DNA of 64,000 bases from positions 496,001 to 560,000 of the forward strand of contig OZ287085.1 in the NCBI GenBank assembly GCA_965645245.1, read 5' to 3'. The first letter of the stretch is position 1. Each line of letters opens with the position of its first letter. Positions 37,601-50,305 of this stretch are shown here, piece after piece. Both the position numbers and the translations under genes were made by a program. The DNA comes from Massalongia carnosa (taxonomy: Eukaryota). A model generated the notes under the pieces. The model searched no databases and had not been told where the DNA came from. It saw only the letters and a program-made list of their open reading frames with translations.

Positions 37601-39762
37601 GACGACGTTGACTATTCGTCCGAAGGAAATCGACCCATTGAGTCTTTAAAAATCGTTCAAGACTGCTGACCCAAAGACCTATACAGGAACTAATCAGAAG
37701 GACTACGAACAATTCGTCAGAGAATGTCTTCGTACCTTTAATCAAAAACCCATCACCTATGAAAAGAACACAACAAAGATCTTGTATGGGGAGAATTATA
37801 TTGGAGGAACTCCAGCAGATGACTGGCATAGAGAGAAGCCCGCACTTGATGAATCTTCTCTTACCTGGAAATACTTTGTTGACTTTCTCCAGGAAAAGCT
37901 AAAACCAAAACATCTGCGTCTATTGGATCTCGGAGGACAATTGAAGAAATTAAAACAACGAGCAGGACAAACAGTATCGGAGTTAGTTTATCATCTCGAC
38001 ACACTGGAAGATTAACTTCCAGAAATACCTTCCGAATCACAAAGACATAGTAATCTTCTACATTCTCTTCATGATTATCTACAGAGGGCTATTATTCGAG
38101 CTAATCTCAGAGCACAACACGACATGCATTAATTGAAGCGGCCCGAGTAGCAGAAAGAGTGGAACCTAAACCCGATTTCGTTCGGAACGCCACTCGTCCC
38201 CATTATCGATCTACAAACGAAGAAAGGTCGCAGAGGGCCCCGAGTCACCAACGAACCATGACCTACAACATGGCCTCGAGTTTAAAGACGAGCGAAAACT
38301 CCAAGGCTAGTCCCGCTCAAGCAGCCGTTATCTCCCCGAGTCGTAAACGACCCCGAGAAGACACCACCGACTCTCTAAAAATCATTTGTTGGAATTGTGG
38401 TAAGAAGGCTCATAAAAATTCTGACTGTCGAGCCCCAACAACGAAGACGGGAAAAGATTAGAGTCAATCGATATTGCCTCGATTGTGTTGGCTCGTAAAA
38501 AGAGAGGTGAAAAAATAAATCAATTGTTTACTATGATAACTTTATATCTAGGACAAGTCATACTACGAATTCGGGCCATGATTGACTGCGGCTCGACATG
38601 GAATTTCGTGTCATAACTCAAGGTCAAAGAACTCGGTATCCGATTCACCCCCGACTCGTAACCGCCGTCCGATTTAAAGACTCTGGATGGAAAACCTCTG
38701 CGTACCTATCGAAATCCCTCCCTACTAGTTGGGGTTGTTGATAGTAGGGGTATTGAGGATCGAACGGAACATAAGTTCGTGGGTGCTGACATGTTCGGGG
38801 TAAATATGATACTAGGCCTACCTTGGTTAAATTGGGTAGACCCGGTTATCCGCTGGCACGAGCGCAAATTGTTCCATGTTCGTCGGACCAAAAGTGGCGT
38901 CGATGGGGCTTGTCTGCATAAGATTTTACCTCTCGAGACTGAAAGGCCTGTAGACGGGGGGGTTAATCCCCCCGAAGTAAAAATACCAGTAGCCAAGCGG
39001 ACGTAGTGATGGTGAGCAGTGACGAAATTTGGGACATTTGTGAAAAAGATGGAGTTCAGGCATTCCTTTTAGATATCGAGAAGCTCGATCGGGCAGGAAC
39101 CGTAGTCGGTTCGGTGACGGAGGTTACAAATAAAATTCGTTCCAAATATTCGGATTTGCATGACGTCTTTTCGGAAGATAATGCACAGAAGTTGCCTGAA
39201 CATGGACCTCAGGATCATGCTATCGATACGGAAGGAAAACAGCCTCCATTCAGCCCAATATACAATTTATTCTTGACCGAGTTATAAATATTACGGGAGT
39301 ACCTCGACGAATATTTGGCCAAAGGATTTATAGTTCCTAGCACTTCATCGGCCGGTGCTCCTATTTTATTCGTCAAGAAAAAGGATGGTAGTCTGAGACT
39401 ATGTGTTGATTATCGGGGACTGAACGCTATTACCATAAAAAATCGATATCCTTTACCCTTGATCATGAACCTATTAAATGTTCTTGTTGGCGCCGTCTAC
39501 TTCACTAAACTCGATATCCGGGATGCATATCATAAAATCCGGGTACGGGCCGGTGACGAATGGAAAACGGCTTTTCGATGCAGGTACGGTCAATTTGAAT
39601 ACCGGGTTATGCCTTTCGGACTAGTCAACGCCCCTGCGTCATTCTAGGCCTACATAAACGAAGCCCTACGGGAATGTTTAGATGACTTCGTAGTGGTGTA
39701 CTTGGACGACATTTTGATATTCTCCAAATCGATGAAAGATTATTCATTTCATGTCCGACTAG

Positions 39763-40104
39763 TGTGGTGGGGCGACATGTGTCATCTATGGTCAGGTGAC
39801 ATGGCAGGCCTGTGTGGGGATAAAACGGGTTTTTTGCTGGCGTTTTCATCATCATCTCCAGACATCATCTTCTATCACCTACGCTGTTATCATAATCATC
39901 GTGTCACGTAGTCATCGACACACGTTCATTTCGTGTATCAACTAGTCGTTCAGTCGTTCAGTCGTCGAGTTCTTTTCATGTCTATGCAGTCGTAGGTCTA
40001 TTCAGACGTTTGTGTGTGTGTGTTTATGTGTATTCACTGCTCAGTTCGCAATCTATCATCACGTACCACCACCTTCCATTAGCACGCACGACTACACTTC
40101 TTCA
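39763..40104. mobile_element. Solo LTR-like insertion in the Gypsy RT
   Basis: TG...CA flanked by a CTAG duplication; removal restores HVRLVLEKLRK. Confidence 0.75.
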
Positions 40105-41360
40105 CTAGTCCTGGAGAAATTACGGAAATTCAGTCTACAGGTGAAATTATCTAAGTGCCTCTTTGATCAGACTGAAATTGAATTTCTGGGATTTATTGTA
40201 AATCGGAATGGTATATCTATAGACTCGTCTCGGGTGGCGACGATTATAGATTGGCCTGAACCCAAAAATTATCGAGATGTTCAAGTATTTCTCGCGTTCG
40301 CAAATTTCTATAGGCGATTTATCAACGAATTCTCTCGCATTGTGGCCGCCTTAACGACGCTACTAAAAGGGGAAAGAAAGGAAAGTTCGATATTAAATTC
40401 TCATTTACCGAAGAAGCAAGAGAATTATTTCGTCGTCTCAAGCATGTTTCTACCACCGCTCCTATGTTATTGTATTTTGACCCTAAGCGGAAAATACAAT
40501 TAGAGACGGGCGCGTCCGGAGTCGCGATTTCAGCTATTTTATCATAATTGGTTGAATCGACGGGACAGTGGCATCCTATTGCTTTTTGGTCAAGAAAAAT
40601 GCATGCAGCCGAATTAAACTACGGTGTTGGCGAAACAGAAATGTTGGCCATTGTTGAAGCATGTAAGGAGTGGAGACATTATCTTGAGGGGGCGATACAT
40701 TCGATTCGGCTAATAACCGATCATTGTAATCTCCGTACCTTTCTTACTACCAAAAATTTATCTAAACGAGACGCGAGATAGTGGGAAAGACTTTCTAGTC
40801 TTGATCTCGTCATTGAATATCGTCCAGGTCGTCATAATCCAGCCGATGGACCCTCTAGACGCCCGGATTATATGGAAGAAAGGCATGACTTGTCTCATCA
40901 AGCCGGAGCTATAATTCCTGGAAGATTCGGGGGGGTCTCAGAGGGAAATCGGGTTAGGATAGAGGAGCTCATTACGTCAAATTGGACAATGGCACTTGTG
41001 AATAATGAAACTCAAGTAGCTGACGATGCTATGGATTAGGAATCTACTATAAATAAATTATCAGACGGGGCAAATCGCAATTTGATGAGTCCACCCGTTG
41101 TCGACAAAAATTGTCGGAGTACTACGCAGGCCCAACAAACCACTGAAGGAATTGGAATTGATTCAGCTGAAATTGTCGAAATTCCTGAAATTCTTGCAAT
41201 TGTTGGAAGAACTAAGGGGAAAAAATCAGGAAGTAGTTCCGATACCTCTCAGTTACACGAGAAATTGATTAATTTAGAATCAGTTGGACTCAAACTCGTG
41301 GAAACTTCGGATGAGAAGTTTGAAATTTCTCGGAAAGAGATAAAAAATGTCTCTGAGAAA

Positions 41361-41641
41361 TGTTATGATCTACCTAGAGACAAGTCATAGGGACACTAGA
41401 AACGAATACAATCAAGATTAAGAAGAAAAGATCAATTGAAAGACAAATCTCGCTCCTATATAGTCCAGCGGCCCCTAGCCCTCGACCGACTCGTGGAAGG
41501 ATCTAGAAGGTTCGAGCATTGACCAGCTATGGAAACCGTCAATGCCGCGATGAGTCTAGCGCGCACACGCGATCCCGTGACTTCGGCTTGTGGCTTGTTC
41601 CGCTCCAGTCTACCGAAGTAGTGCCGAGTAGAACCGTGACA
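41361..41641. mobile_element. Solo LTR, family B-related, inside the Gypsy pol
   Basis: TGTTATGATC...CGTGACA, TSD AGAAA. Confidence 0.85.
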
Positions 41642-41939
41642 AGAAAGACTCGGCGTTTGGGGCCGCCCCAATAAAACTACGCACCATTTTACAAATTCTG
41701 CAAGAGCCTGATCAACTAGTGCAGAAGAAACGGCCCTCCATCGCATCGTCGATAGATAAGGGGCGGATTTCTATAGAACGACTACATGACGCGTCGAGGG
41801 ATAAATCGGGCGGTAACGAAGACTCGTCAGGCTCTCAGCTCCAAGACGGGCGGGAGTCGGAGGGTGAAGTCGAAGGAGACCTAGAAAAAACCCGATGGCA
41901 CATGAAGGATAATATCCTATGCAGGGACAATAGGTGGTA

Positions 41940-43277
41940 CAGTACTAGGCCAAAAGTCTGCGGCCCCGCACCCCACCACCATTTCAATCATTCTATTCAA
42001 TCAACAATCAACCACGTCACGATTGCTGAAATGTCTTGAAACTTTACATAATGATTACATACATACTAAACACGAATTCCCCCAAAAATTGATTTTAATT
42101 ATTTAGTATACCATCCTTCCGACGCTATATACGCTTTTATCCTCCTATTCATGCTCTCTATTAACCTCCTCATCATTTTCACATCTATCAACGTCTAGGC
42201 TTCTTCTAACGCTTTCCAAAGTACCTCACGAATACTTTCATCACTGCCGCTCACCAAATCTATGTTCGGGTTGACTTGATAGACGAGCTTTTTGAGCACA
42301 TACTAAACATGCTCGATAAGATTTAAATCAGGTGAATAGGGGGGCCAATCGATGACCTCTATGCCGTTCTCATTGAACCATTCCATCACCTTTTTAGCCT
42401 TATGTATAGGAGCGTTATCCTGCATGAAAATAAGGCCCGGTTGCCAAATTCCAAGCAGATTATCGTTCAATAATTCCATATATGAGTTCGCCGAGTACCC
42501 CATCTTCTTCGCAGCAAAATCACGAGCCAATTTGTAAAGATCTGACCTGTCATCTCCCCAAAAAGCTGACCAGACCATGACACAGACTCCTTTGCCTTTG
42601 GGGACAGTTTGTATCATCTCTTTATTCCATTTTTCTTTCGGCAATCTGAACACCCACTGACGCTGTTTTCCTGACCCCTTTTCCACCGAGCACTTATCTG
42701 ACCATATAAATCTTGACCACTGCTCAAAAGTCCTCTCACGCCGCAGCAAGCACCAATCCAATCGTTTCTTGGCCATCTCAGGCGTCAATAAAGGTCATTT
42801 TTTAGCCACCCAGTTGGTTAAACCATACAGTTTGAGTGCCCGATAAATAGTCGTACGACTGCAGCCAAGCCCCACTTCTAGTTTGATTTGTGCATAAGTG
42901 ATTCGTGGATTGATTCGTGCATGCTTGATGATATAACGTCGATCGCGTTCTGACAGCACTTCAGGCCGTCCAGAACGTAATTTAGACACGCTGTCGTTGC
43001 GAATTGAGTGCTTCTGAATGGTGCTCTGCACGAACGATTTAGTGAAATTAGGAGTCTTCCCAATCTCGGTCGGTATGTGCCCCAACGCCTGGGCCCCAAC
43101 AATCATACCACGTTGATATGGCGTCAATTCAGTGTTACGAGGCCGATTACCACTTCTGGAGGTCAAAGAAGCACGAAGCATGGTGAAATAATGAGGTGGA
43201 AGATGGGGGGTTGATGAGTTGAAAACGCGAAATCACGAAAATTACGGGTTGGGCCGCAGACTTTTGGCACCGGACTG
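41940..43277 (-). mobile_element. Tc1-like transposon (second copy of the 29256-30582 family) inserted just upstream of the Gypsy integrase zinc finger
   Basis: TA TSD, same TIRs, high similarity; splits RWY|IPPG. Confidence 0.95.
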
Positions 43278-44802
43278 TATATTCCCCCTGGTCTATTACG
43301 TGCTGAACTTTTGCGGCAGAATCATGATGATCCCAATGCGGGCCACTTTGGTTATTCCAGAACGTTCGAATTAATCCAGAGGAAATATTATTGGCCCGAA
43401 ATGGTAAAGGACATCAAGCATTATATGGAAACGTGTACTCGTTGTCATCAAGTCAAATCGTCCAGACATAAGCCCTTCGGATTATTAGAATCCCTACCCG
43501 TACCAAAAGGGCCTAGACAAAATTGGACGATGGACTTCATAACGGATCTGCCCCCGAGTCTCCGCCGTACCGTGGCATATGATGCGATTCTTGTCATGGT
43601 GGATCGGTATACCAAATATTCTCGATATATTCCCGCACGAAAGGACTGGAATGCTGAAATCATGGCTGACGTCCTAGTGGAAGAAATATTTACCAAATTC
43701 GGTATGCCAGTGTCTATTGTCTCGGATAGGGGTAGTTTATTCACCTCAAAGTACTAGTCTCATTTCTGTTATCATTTGAGAATTCGACCCAGTTACAGTA
43801 CAGTCTTTCATCCACAAACGGCTGGTCAAACCGAGAGACAAAATCAGACACTGGAACAATATCTACGATGCTACGCCAATTATCAACAGGATGACTGGAC
43901 TTACTGGTTACCCTTGGCAGAATTCGCTTATAATAATAGCTTACATAGTGTCATAAAAATGACCCCCTTCGAAGCTATATTTGGAGAAGCGCCCAAATGG
44001 GAAGATTAAATTCTGACTGAAAAGGGGTCCGAGATTCCTGCTGCACGCGTCCTGGCTACTGATATAATGGACAGAAGAAAACACCTGGAGAAATTATTAC
44101 AAACAGCTCCAAGTACCCAGGCTAAATATTATGATCAGAAACATATTCCCAAGACGTATAATATGGGTGATAAAGTCCTCCTGAACGCAAAAATTATTAA
44201 ATCCACTCGTCCGTCCAAAAAACTGGACTACAAATATTACGGGCCATACGAAATTGTCTCTCCTATAGGAAAACAGGCCTACAAACTCCAACTTTCTCCG
44301 TTATTGAAGGGTATTCATAATGTGTTCCATGTTTCCCTATTGGAACCTTATAGATATGACCCGAACAAAATATCTGAACCGCCTCTACCCATAGAAGTAG
44401 AAGGGGAAGAACAATGGGAGGTAGAACAGGTGCTGGATAGTAGAATTCACTATGGAAAACTCCAATATCTAGTGAAATGGATGGGATTTTCTGATACGGA
44501 TAATCAATATCCGGAAAAACCTTCCAGAACTCCTACGAGGAAGAAAAGAAAATCGAAGGCATGAACCATTTCCATTGGAGTCGAATGATCCAGGATTAGA
44601 CTGCTATCTACCACACCACAACCACCTTCTCTCACCCCTTCACCCCCTTTTCAATCCATCTAAATATCCTCCCCTGGAGGGGGTCCAACCTCTAATCCGG
44701 CCTAAAAGTGTCAAAAAATGATTAAATTAATTCGACACTAGATCTCCACCAAGAGATAAGCCACCGAGCAGCGGAAATTGACTGGAACCTACCCAAATTA
44801 GA

Positions 44803-45210
44803 TCAAATTTTCCATAACAGAGCTCCACCTACCAGAAAACATTTATCCTTCTTCCGGCGACACTCCCCACACTTCCCCGACTCCTCGGACCACTCACAGG
44901 CGACAGGGTCGCCCCCAAGGGTCTGCTTGGCACACCAGAGGCAAACGCTTACCTCCGGGGTAGGCCCACCCAAATAGGCGGGTGGAGAAGCGGAAAAGGG
45001 GGAGGCAGAGGGAACCGCCACGAACCGGGGCGGAAACGGGTGGCGCGCCGGAGGAAACCACGACACCCAGGAAAACATGGTCCTGCGGACCAGGAGTGGT
45101 AGGGCGGCGGGGGCGAGGAGGGGGTGAAACGGCCGGGTGGGACCGCTTGGCCCGCTATGAACGGGCAGAAACCGGAACAACACGCCGAGGTTGTTTAGAC
45201 CTCGACATGA
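44803..45210 (-). pseudogene. Antisense accessory gene of the Gypsy element with a six-cysteine Zn-cluster-like motif
   Basis: CLWCAKQTLGGDPVACEWSEESGKCGECRRKKDKC preceded by an Arg/Pro-rich region (MSRSKQPRR..., with a stop and a frameshift). Confidence 0.5.
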
Positions 45211-45877
45211 GAGTTGATGATAGAGTGGTTGATGGTAAAGTGATGAAAGATTGATGAAAATATGGAGTACGGAGTTGGGTGAGGTGATGTTTGAAGAGAA
45301 AGAAACAACGAACCCTACCTGTTGATATGAAAAGAAAGAAGACACTAACTAAGCCCAATGAATTTGGTACCGCCAGCAAGGTACGCTCAACAACAACAAA
45401 TGGTTAAGACTGATGAGACGTCAACAAACAAAAAAGAAAGGGTTGAGACTTGGACTCATGACAGCAAGCATGACTTCTAGACTGAACACGGATAACGTGT
45501 GTCTGAAGATGCTATCCCTAGTACTCGGGTAGTACCCAGAACCACTTGCGACATGAAGTTATACAGAACTTCCACATCGGGCTCCTGAGGACATGAGCCC
45601 TTGAAGGAGGGTAATGTCAGGTCACGCACGTCCTGACATAAGCGAATCGGTAGTTATAGCCGATCTCCGACCTCCGACTAACACGGCTCGTGTTCGTATT
45701 CTTCTTTTCATTGTTCCAATCATAATCACTGTAATTAAATCAAAGGACTCGCGACCCGAAGAAGTGGGGCTATAGGATAAAGACCTGATCGCCCACTTCT
45801 TTCGAGGGGTCACTGATCAATTTATTGATTTACCAATCTTTATTCGTACATTTATCACGAATCCATATAGTAGTCAC

Positions 45878-46249
45878 TGTCATGGAGTGACTGGGCACCT
45901 GCCAGTTAGTTCATTGAACCAACCTTAGCTGCTTGAACGAAGCACTAGCCGGCTAGCCGATCCGAAAGGAACTAAGCTTAATCCGGTTTAGTCAGGGCAA
46001 TGGTAAGTGTTCCGGCTGAAGGTAAGTGTTCGGACTGTCAATAGTGTCATAGCGATAGTTTCATGCCAGGGACTTGGGAAATTGGATCAACGGCTGGATT
46101 GGGACTGGTTCCGTTCGCCAGAGTCTTATACTCGCCCACGTTGGATTTTCTGTTTCTTTTCTCCTTGTCGAACGTCTTGTCCACCTAGCTAGACAATCAA
46201 GTAATACGTTTGCACCATCTGAATTTCTACCTGACCTCGCACCGTGACA
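45878..46249. mobile_element. Solo LTR, family D, inside the Gypsy 3' LTR
   Basis: TGTCA...TGACA, TSD GTCAC. Confidence 0.9.
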
Positions 46250-46282
46250 GTCACGCTGTTAGACTTGACCCCTTACACTCTG

Positions 46283-46825
46283 CACCTATTTTCTGTATAT
46301 TGGGTCCATCATTCTTCATTCATCCCTCCTATTTTAAACAGGTTATAGGGCCGGTTAGCCTATAGTGCTGCCGAGTGATTTTCTTATGTCAGTTTCGAGG
46401 TTATACATAATGAGATGGCGGACCAACGCGACTCCATAGACCCTAATACACCAGCAAGTATGACTAGCCCCTCCCCTACTCCCTCTTCATCTTCTGGCCC
46501 CGATGGGTAGTATACAATCGCGGTAAGGAAAGAGGATATAAGGGTAGAGCCCAAGCTAGGTGCCGATAATTATTTAACCTGGGCGGAAGAAATGTGGATT
46601 CAGCTTAAATCTATGAGAGTCCTCAAGTTAGTAGAAGGAAAAACCCCTCAACCGGATACAGTAGCCCGACCAAAAGTCTTTTACGAATGGGACCACGATA
46701 ACACCAACGCATTGAAATGGATACGGGCCAATTGTGAGAAAAGCCAATTGACTCACCTTCGAAGTAAAACAACATCCAAAGCCGCCTGGTACGCTCTAAA
46801 GAAGGTGTTTGATCAGAAATCCTAG
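46283..46825 (+). mobile_element. 5' remnant of a second Copia element (LTR end, PBS, gag start); its LTR likely begins near 36700 and was split by the Gypsy
   Basis: ...AAACA followed by PBS-like GGTTATAGGGCC; gag motif KLGADNYLTWAEEM...SKAAWYALK. Confidence 0.7.
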
Positions 46826-47520
46826 CTGTCTGACGGGTTTTAATTGACTGATTTTGGTAATTCTGGAGGCAAATAGGAGCGATATCAAATAATTATTCTG
46901 ACAAAGACTACATATTTTAAACCCTTTGCGGGCATGCTTGGAAGCTATTTGCAAACTATGACGTGATCGACCTTTGAACTTAATCAATTGCTCATCAACT
47001 GAAACAATGCTTCTTGGTTGATAATATTTCAACGAAGCCGTTTGAAAATCAGTAGCAAGCGACTCCAATTTCTTCCACCAATCAGGACCTTTGCCCATGT
47101 CTGAAGGCTCTGTACTTCCGCTGTTTATTTTCAAGAATCGTTTGATATTTTCAAATCGATTCAGAGATATAGCCTCCTGAATAGACACGAAAACAGGCTT
47201 ATCAGGACATGTATTCCAATAGTCGCTCTCCGAAGGCGCATGATACAAGCCCATAAACAAAAGAATGCCCAGAACACCTCGATCTCAGGCCCAATAACGT
47301 CATGCCATGCGCGATGATTATTCTCCTTCTTCTTCTTTATATAGTCGTGCGCCTTGATATTGGTATGATACGCGATGGTGCGACAGTGTTGAGCTGAAAT
47401 GAACAGTTGAAACAATTCAAGAGGCGAATCAGCAAGGCCTTTAGCCAGTGATTTAGGAGGTCTGTCATCAACTGACACGGAAGTGTAATTGGGGGAGGGA
47501 GGTAGAATATCGGCCACAAT
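46826..47520 (-). mobile_element. piggyBac-like transposase remnant
   Basis: SPLELFQLF, RFENIKRFL, VSVDEQLIKFKGRS and KGFKI motifs; frameshifted and truncated. Confidence 0.8.
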
Positions 47521-48255
47521 GCTTTCGATGGTGCGCTTGCTATTGATTTTGTGCTGTATTGCTGAGATAGGAGATTTATCTGAAAATCTAAGAATCTCTT
47601 CTTAATTTAGTCGCATGTTTTGCAGTTAAATATGAGATGATAATCACAATAATTGATGAACAATTTAATCAGTTCGTGAGAATAGTGATGCTCGGGGTTA
47701 AAAAGGTAAACAAAATTTTGATGTTCTGATTACTAATGCAAAGCAGCTAATTACTAACTAATGCGAGGGGGTGGTGCCCTTCGCAGCGACGACTATTACG
47801 TATTGCCGTTTTTGCGGCCTTCCCAATCACTCTGCGGACGATTTATTTCTGTGACTTCAGATATTTAAGATATAATTCTGACGTGTCTGTTACAATAGAC
47901 TAATGGGATTAGTCTATGTCTTAAATGAAATCACGTTCTTATGATTCCCACTGTTTCGAAGACTGCACACATCATCCTCTAAGCCTCGTGAAGCTGTCAA
48001 GCAAAAGGGATTCGTGTCAATCATATTTGTGGCCTCGGCTTGCAAGTATAAAGAGTCAAGTCACTTTGAATGGCTGTAGTCTTTAAGCCGTGAGTTGCAC
48101 AAGCAAAGAAAGGAATCAGGCTGAATAACAGGTAACGAGTTCTCGTCATCGCCTCGTCATGGGGTTTTGTTATCGGCAATTTTGAAGCCTGACTACAATT
48201 ACTTTTAACTCCTCTATCGTATCTCTACATCGGCTGGTTTGCATCAACGTCAACA

Positions 48256-49512
48256 ATGACATCTACTATCATAGCTGAGATCTCTCGCCTAGATCTCCAA
48301 GACCTTAGTACTCCTTCTTTAGCGTCAATCACTAACGTCAAGTATCTTTCCTCCTATAACTGGATTGAGGCACCCATACCCACCATTGCCGTACCGGGCT
48401 GTCCACCTCTTTGGTCTGCTCCAAAAGTCGCTAAACAGCTAAAAAAGGACTCTGGCTTTATCTACATCGCACAGAATGCAGCTCGCCATCCGGATAGTCC
48501 ACTTGAACCCCTCTTTCGCGCGTTGTACATCACAAATCCTTCATATGACGTCCGTTCGATTGATGTTGTGACCGACCGAAACAATATCCGTAAACTCCTA
48601 TCATTTATCAACCCCAGCTCGACAAGAAACGGACTCGAAACATTCACCATCAAAATCGAAGCCACGAAAAACACTGCAATATTCTGTCGCATGGAGACCG
48701 CGACCCATGAATATATCGAACCACATGAATTCAGGGGCTTTGGCCATGAATTCGAGAAGGCCAATACTACTAGCCAGATCAACGATAGCACTGGACATCA
48801 CAGAATCATCTCATACCGCTTTAGCAATCTCAATTTTGTTGTTCGCCATGAAACAGATGGATATGTAGCCGCTAATGCAAGAACAGCTTCAAATAGCATA
48901 GCGCAGGAAAACGAAAATCTCTCCAGCATGCTCGGATCAATGTCTCTATCCTCGACTAATAGCCTTCGTAATATCACTCCTGCCGGGTCCAGGTTGACAA
49001 TCAAAAACGAGGGCCAGATAGTCCCGCTCGAATCAATCCTTGAAATCAAAACACGTGTTTCTCATAAACCTCTAAAGACTCAAGACGTCGCACCACAGCT
49101 CTGGATATCTCAAACTCCTAAGCTTGTGCGAGCTTACCACTACAAGGGTACGTTTCAGGGACCAGAGGTTGAAGATATAGCGGCTCAGATCAAGAGATGG
49201 GAAGAAGACAATCAGAGCGATCTGAGGAAATTAGCTGCATTGATCAACAAAATTCTCGATGTGGTAAAGAAATGTGGTGGAAATGCTATTGTCAAATATG
49301 ATGAGAATGGAGACAAATTGGTAATTTGGAAAGTTGACGGGAAAGCAATGCTGCCAAAGGACTTGTATTCCAAATGGGATGATAGGAACAATGGCGAAGA
49401 CGCAGGAGCTGAGAATGCTGTAAAGCCTGTCGACAGAGAGGAGACCAAAGGAGACAAGAGCTTAGAGACGAAGGACAAACATGAAAGCCTAGCACCTCGC
49501 CAAGAGTCTTAA
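48256..49512 (+). CDS. Conserved fungal protein (418 aa) with DXO/Rai1-like PD-(D/E)xK nuclease motifs
   Basis: Intact intronless ORF; SYNW, PTIAVPG, TDRNNIRKL, GFGHEFE, RHETD, LEIKT, PQLWISQT. Confidence 0.8.
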   Translation: MTSTIIAEISRLDLQDLSTPSLASITNVKYLSSYNWIEAPIPTIAVPGCPPLWSAPKVAKQLKKDSGFIYIAQNAARHPDSPLEPLFRALYITNPSYDVRSIDVVTDRNNIRKLLSFINPSSTRNGLETFTIKIEATKNTAIFCRMETATHEYIEPHEFRGFGHEFEKANTTSQINDSTGHHRIISYRFSNLNFVVRHETDGYVAANARTASNSIAQENENLSSMLGSMSLSSTNSLRNITPAGSRLTIKNEGQIVPLESILEIKTRVSHKPLKTQDVAPQLWISQTPKLVRAYHYKGTFQGPEVEDIAAQIKRWEEDNQSDLRKLAALINKILDVVKKCGGNAIVKYDENGDKLVIWKVDGKAMLPKDLYSKWDDRNNGEDAGAENAVKPVDREETKGDKSLETKDKHESLAPRQES

Positions 49513-50282
49513 TCACTAGACATGCCATTTATCGCGTTCGAAGATTGAGATAGTCTGTGAATTGATTAATAGAATACGCATCCTAGTATCGATCGAGCCT
49601 TTCGCATTCCGCGTCACCAATGCAAGATTAAACATGCATTCAAAAAGATGACTAGTTGCATTATAATGATTGCAATTGCATGCCTGAGGCTAAAAGTAAT
49701 GCTTTGAAACCTTACTCAACTCGAGCGAAGAAGCTTTCTCAGAGTTAATGGTTTGGTACTAAGTCTTCCAAAAGTGGATCTTCTGGATCTGGTCTCTGTA
49801 CGGCGTCCTAGTAAGACTCGCCTTTCGTTAGAAACGCCCTGCTGACTCCATTCGCAAATCTATTATGACGGTCCACGTGGCTGGAACCTAAGTGAAAAGG
49901 TACAGAGATTTATAATATCATGTGGTAGAATCTGGTTGCGCCTGAGATCAGCTGGGCTCTCAGAAACGTAGGAAGACGTGACGTGACAGCTGTGATTTCA
50001 CGCCTTTATACGCTCCTGAAAGTGTTCCCCAGTGAATCATTAGAGCATAAAGTCCCGCGAGCAAGCTGAAATCACCGAGTTTCACGGACAGTGAATGATC
50101 TGTCCAGGTCTGAGAAGACTGTTCGTTCGGAGTAAGTACTTGATAAAGCGACGATCGTGAAGAACCGAATGACTCAAGCTGAAGAAAATGATGATCGTGT
50201 AGTAACTGACCTCAGACTGACAAGGGTAGCCAAAACGAAGAACAACAACAGGATTCTGAAGGCATCTTTAGTTATTGTAACA

Positions 50283-50305
50283 GGATGGATGGATGGATGG
50301 ATGGA
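50283..50305. repeat. (GGAT)n microsatellite
   Basis: About 6 tandem GGAT units. Confidence 0.9.

Larger units (their letters stand above)
37034..46277 (+). mobile_element. Ty3/Gypsy chromovirus LTR retrotransposon, full length and degenerate (gag-pol about 37363-44564)
   Basis: LTRs 37034-37321 and 45615-46277; TSD CTCTG; PPT GAAGGAGGG; CWNCGKKAH knuckle, protease IDCGST, RT YLDD, RNase H, integrase, chromodomain WEVEQVLDSR...YLVKW. Confidence 0.95.
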
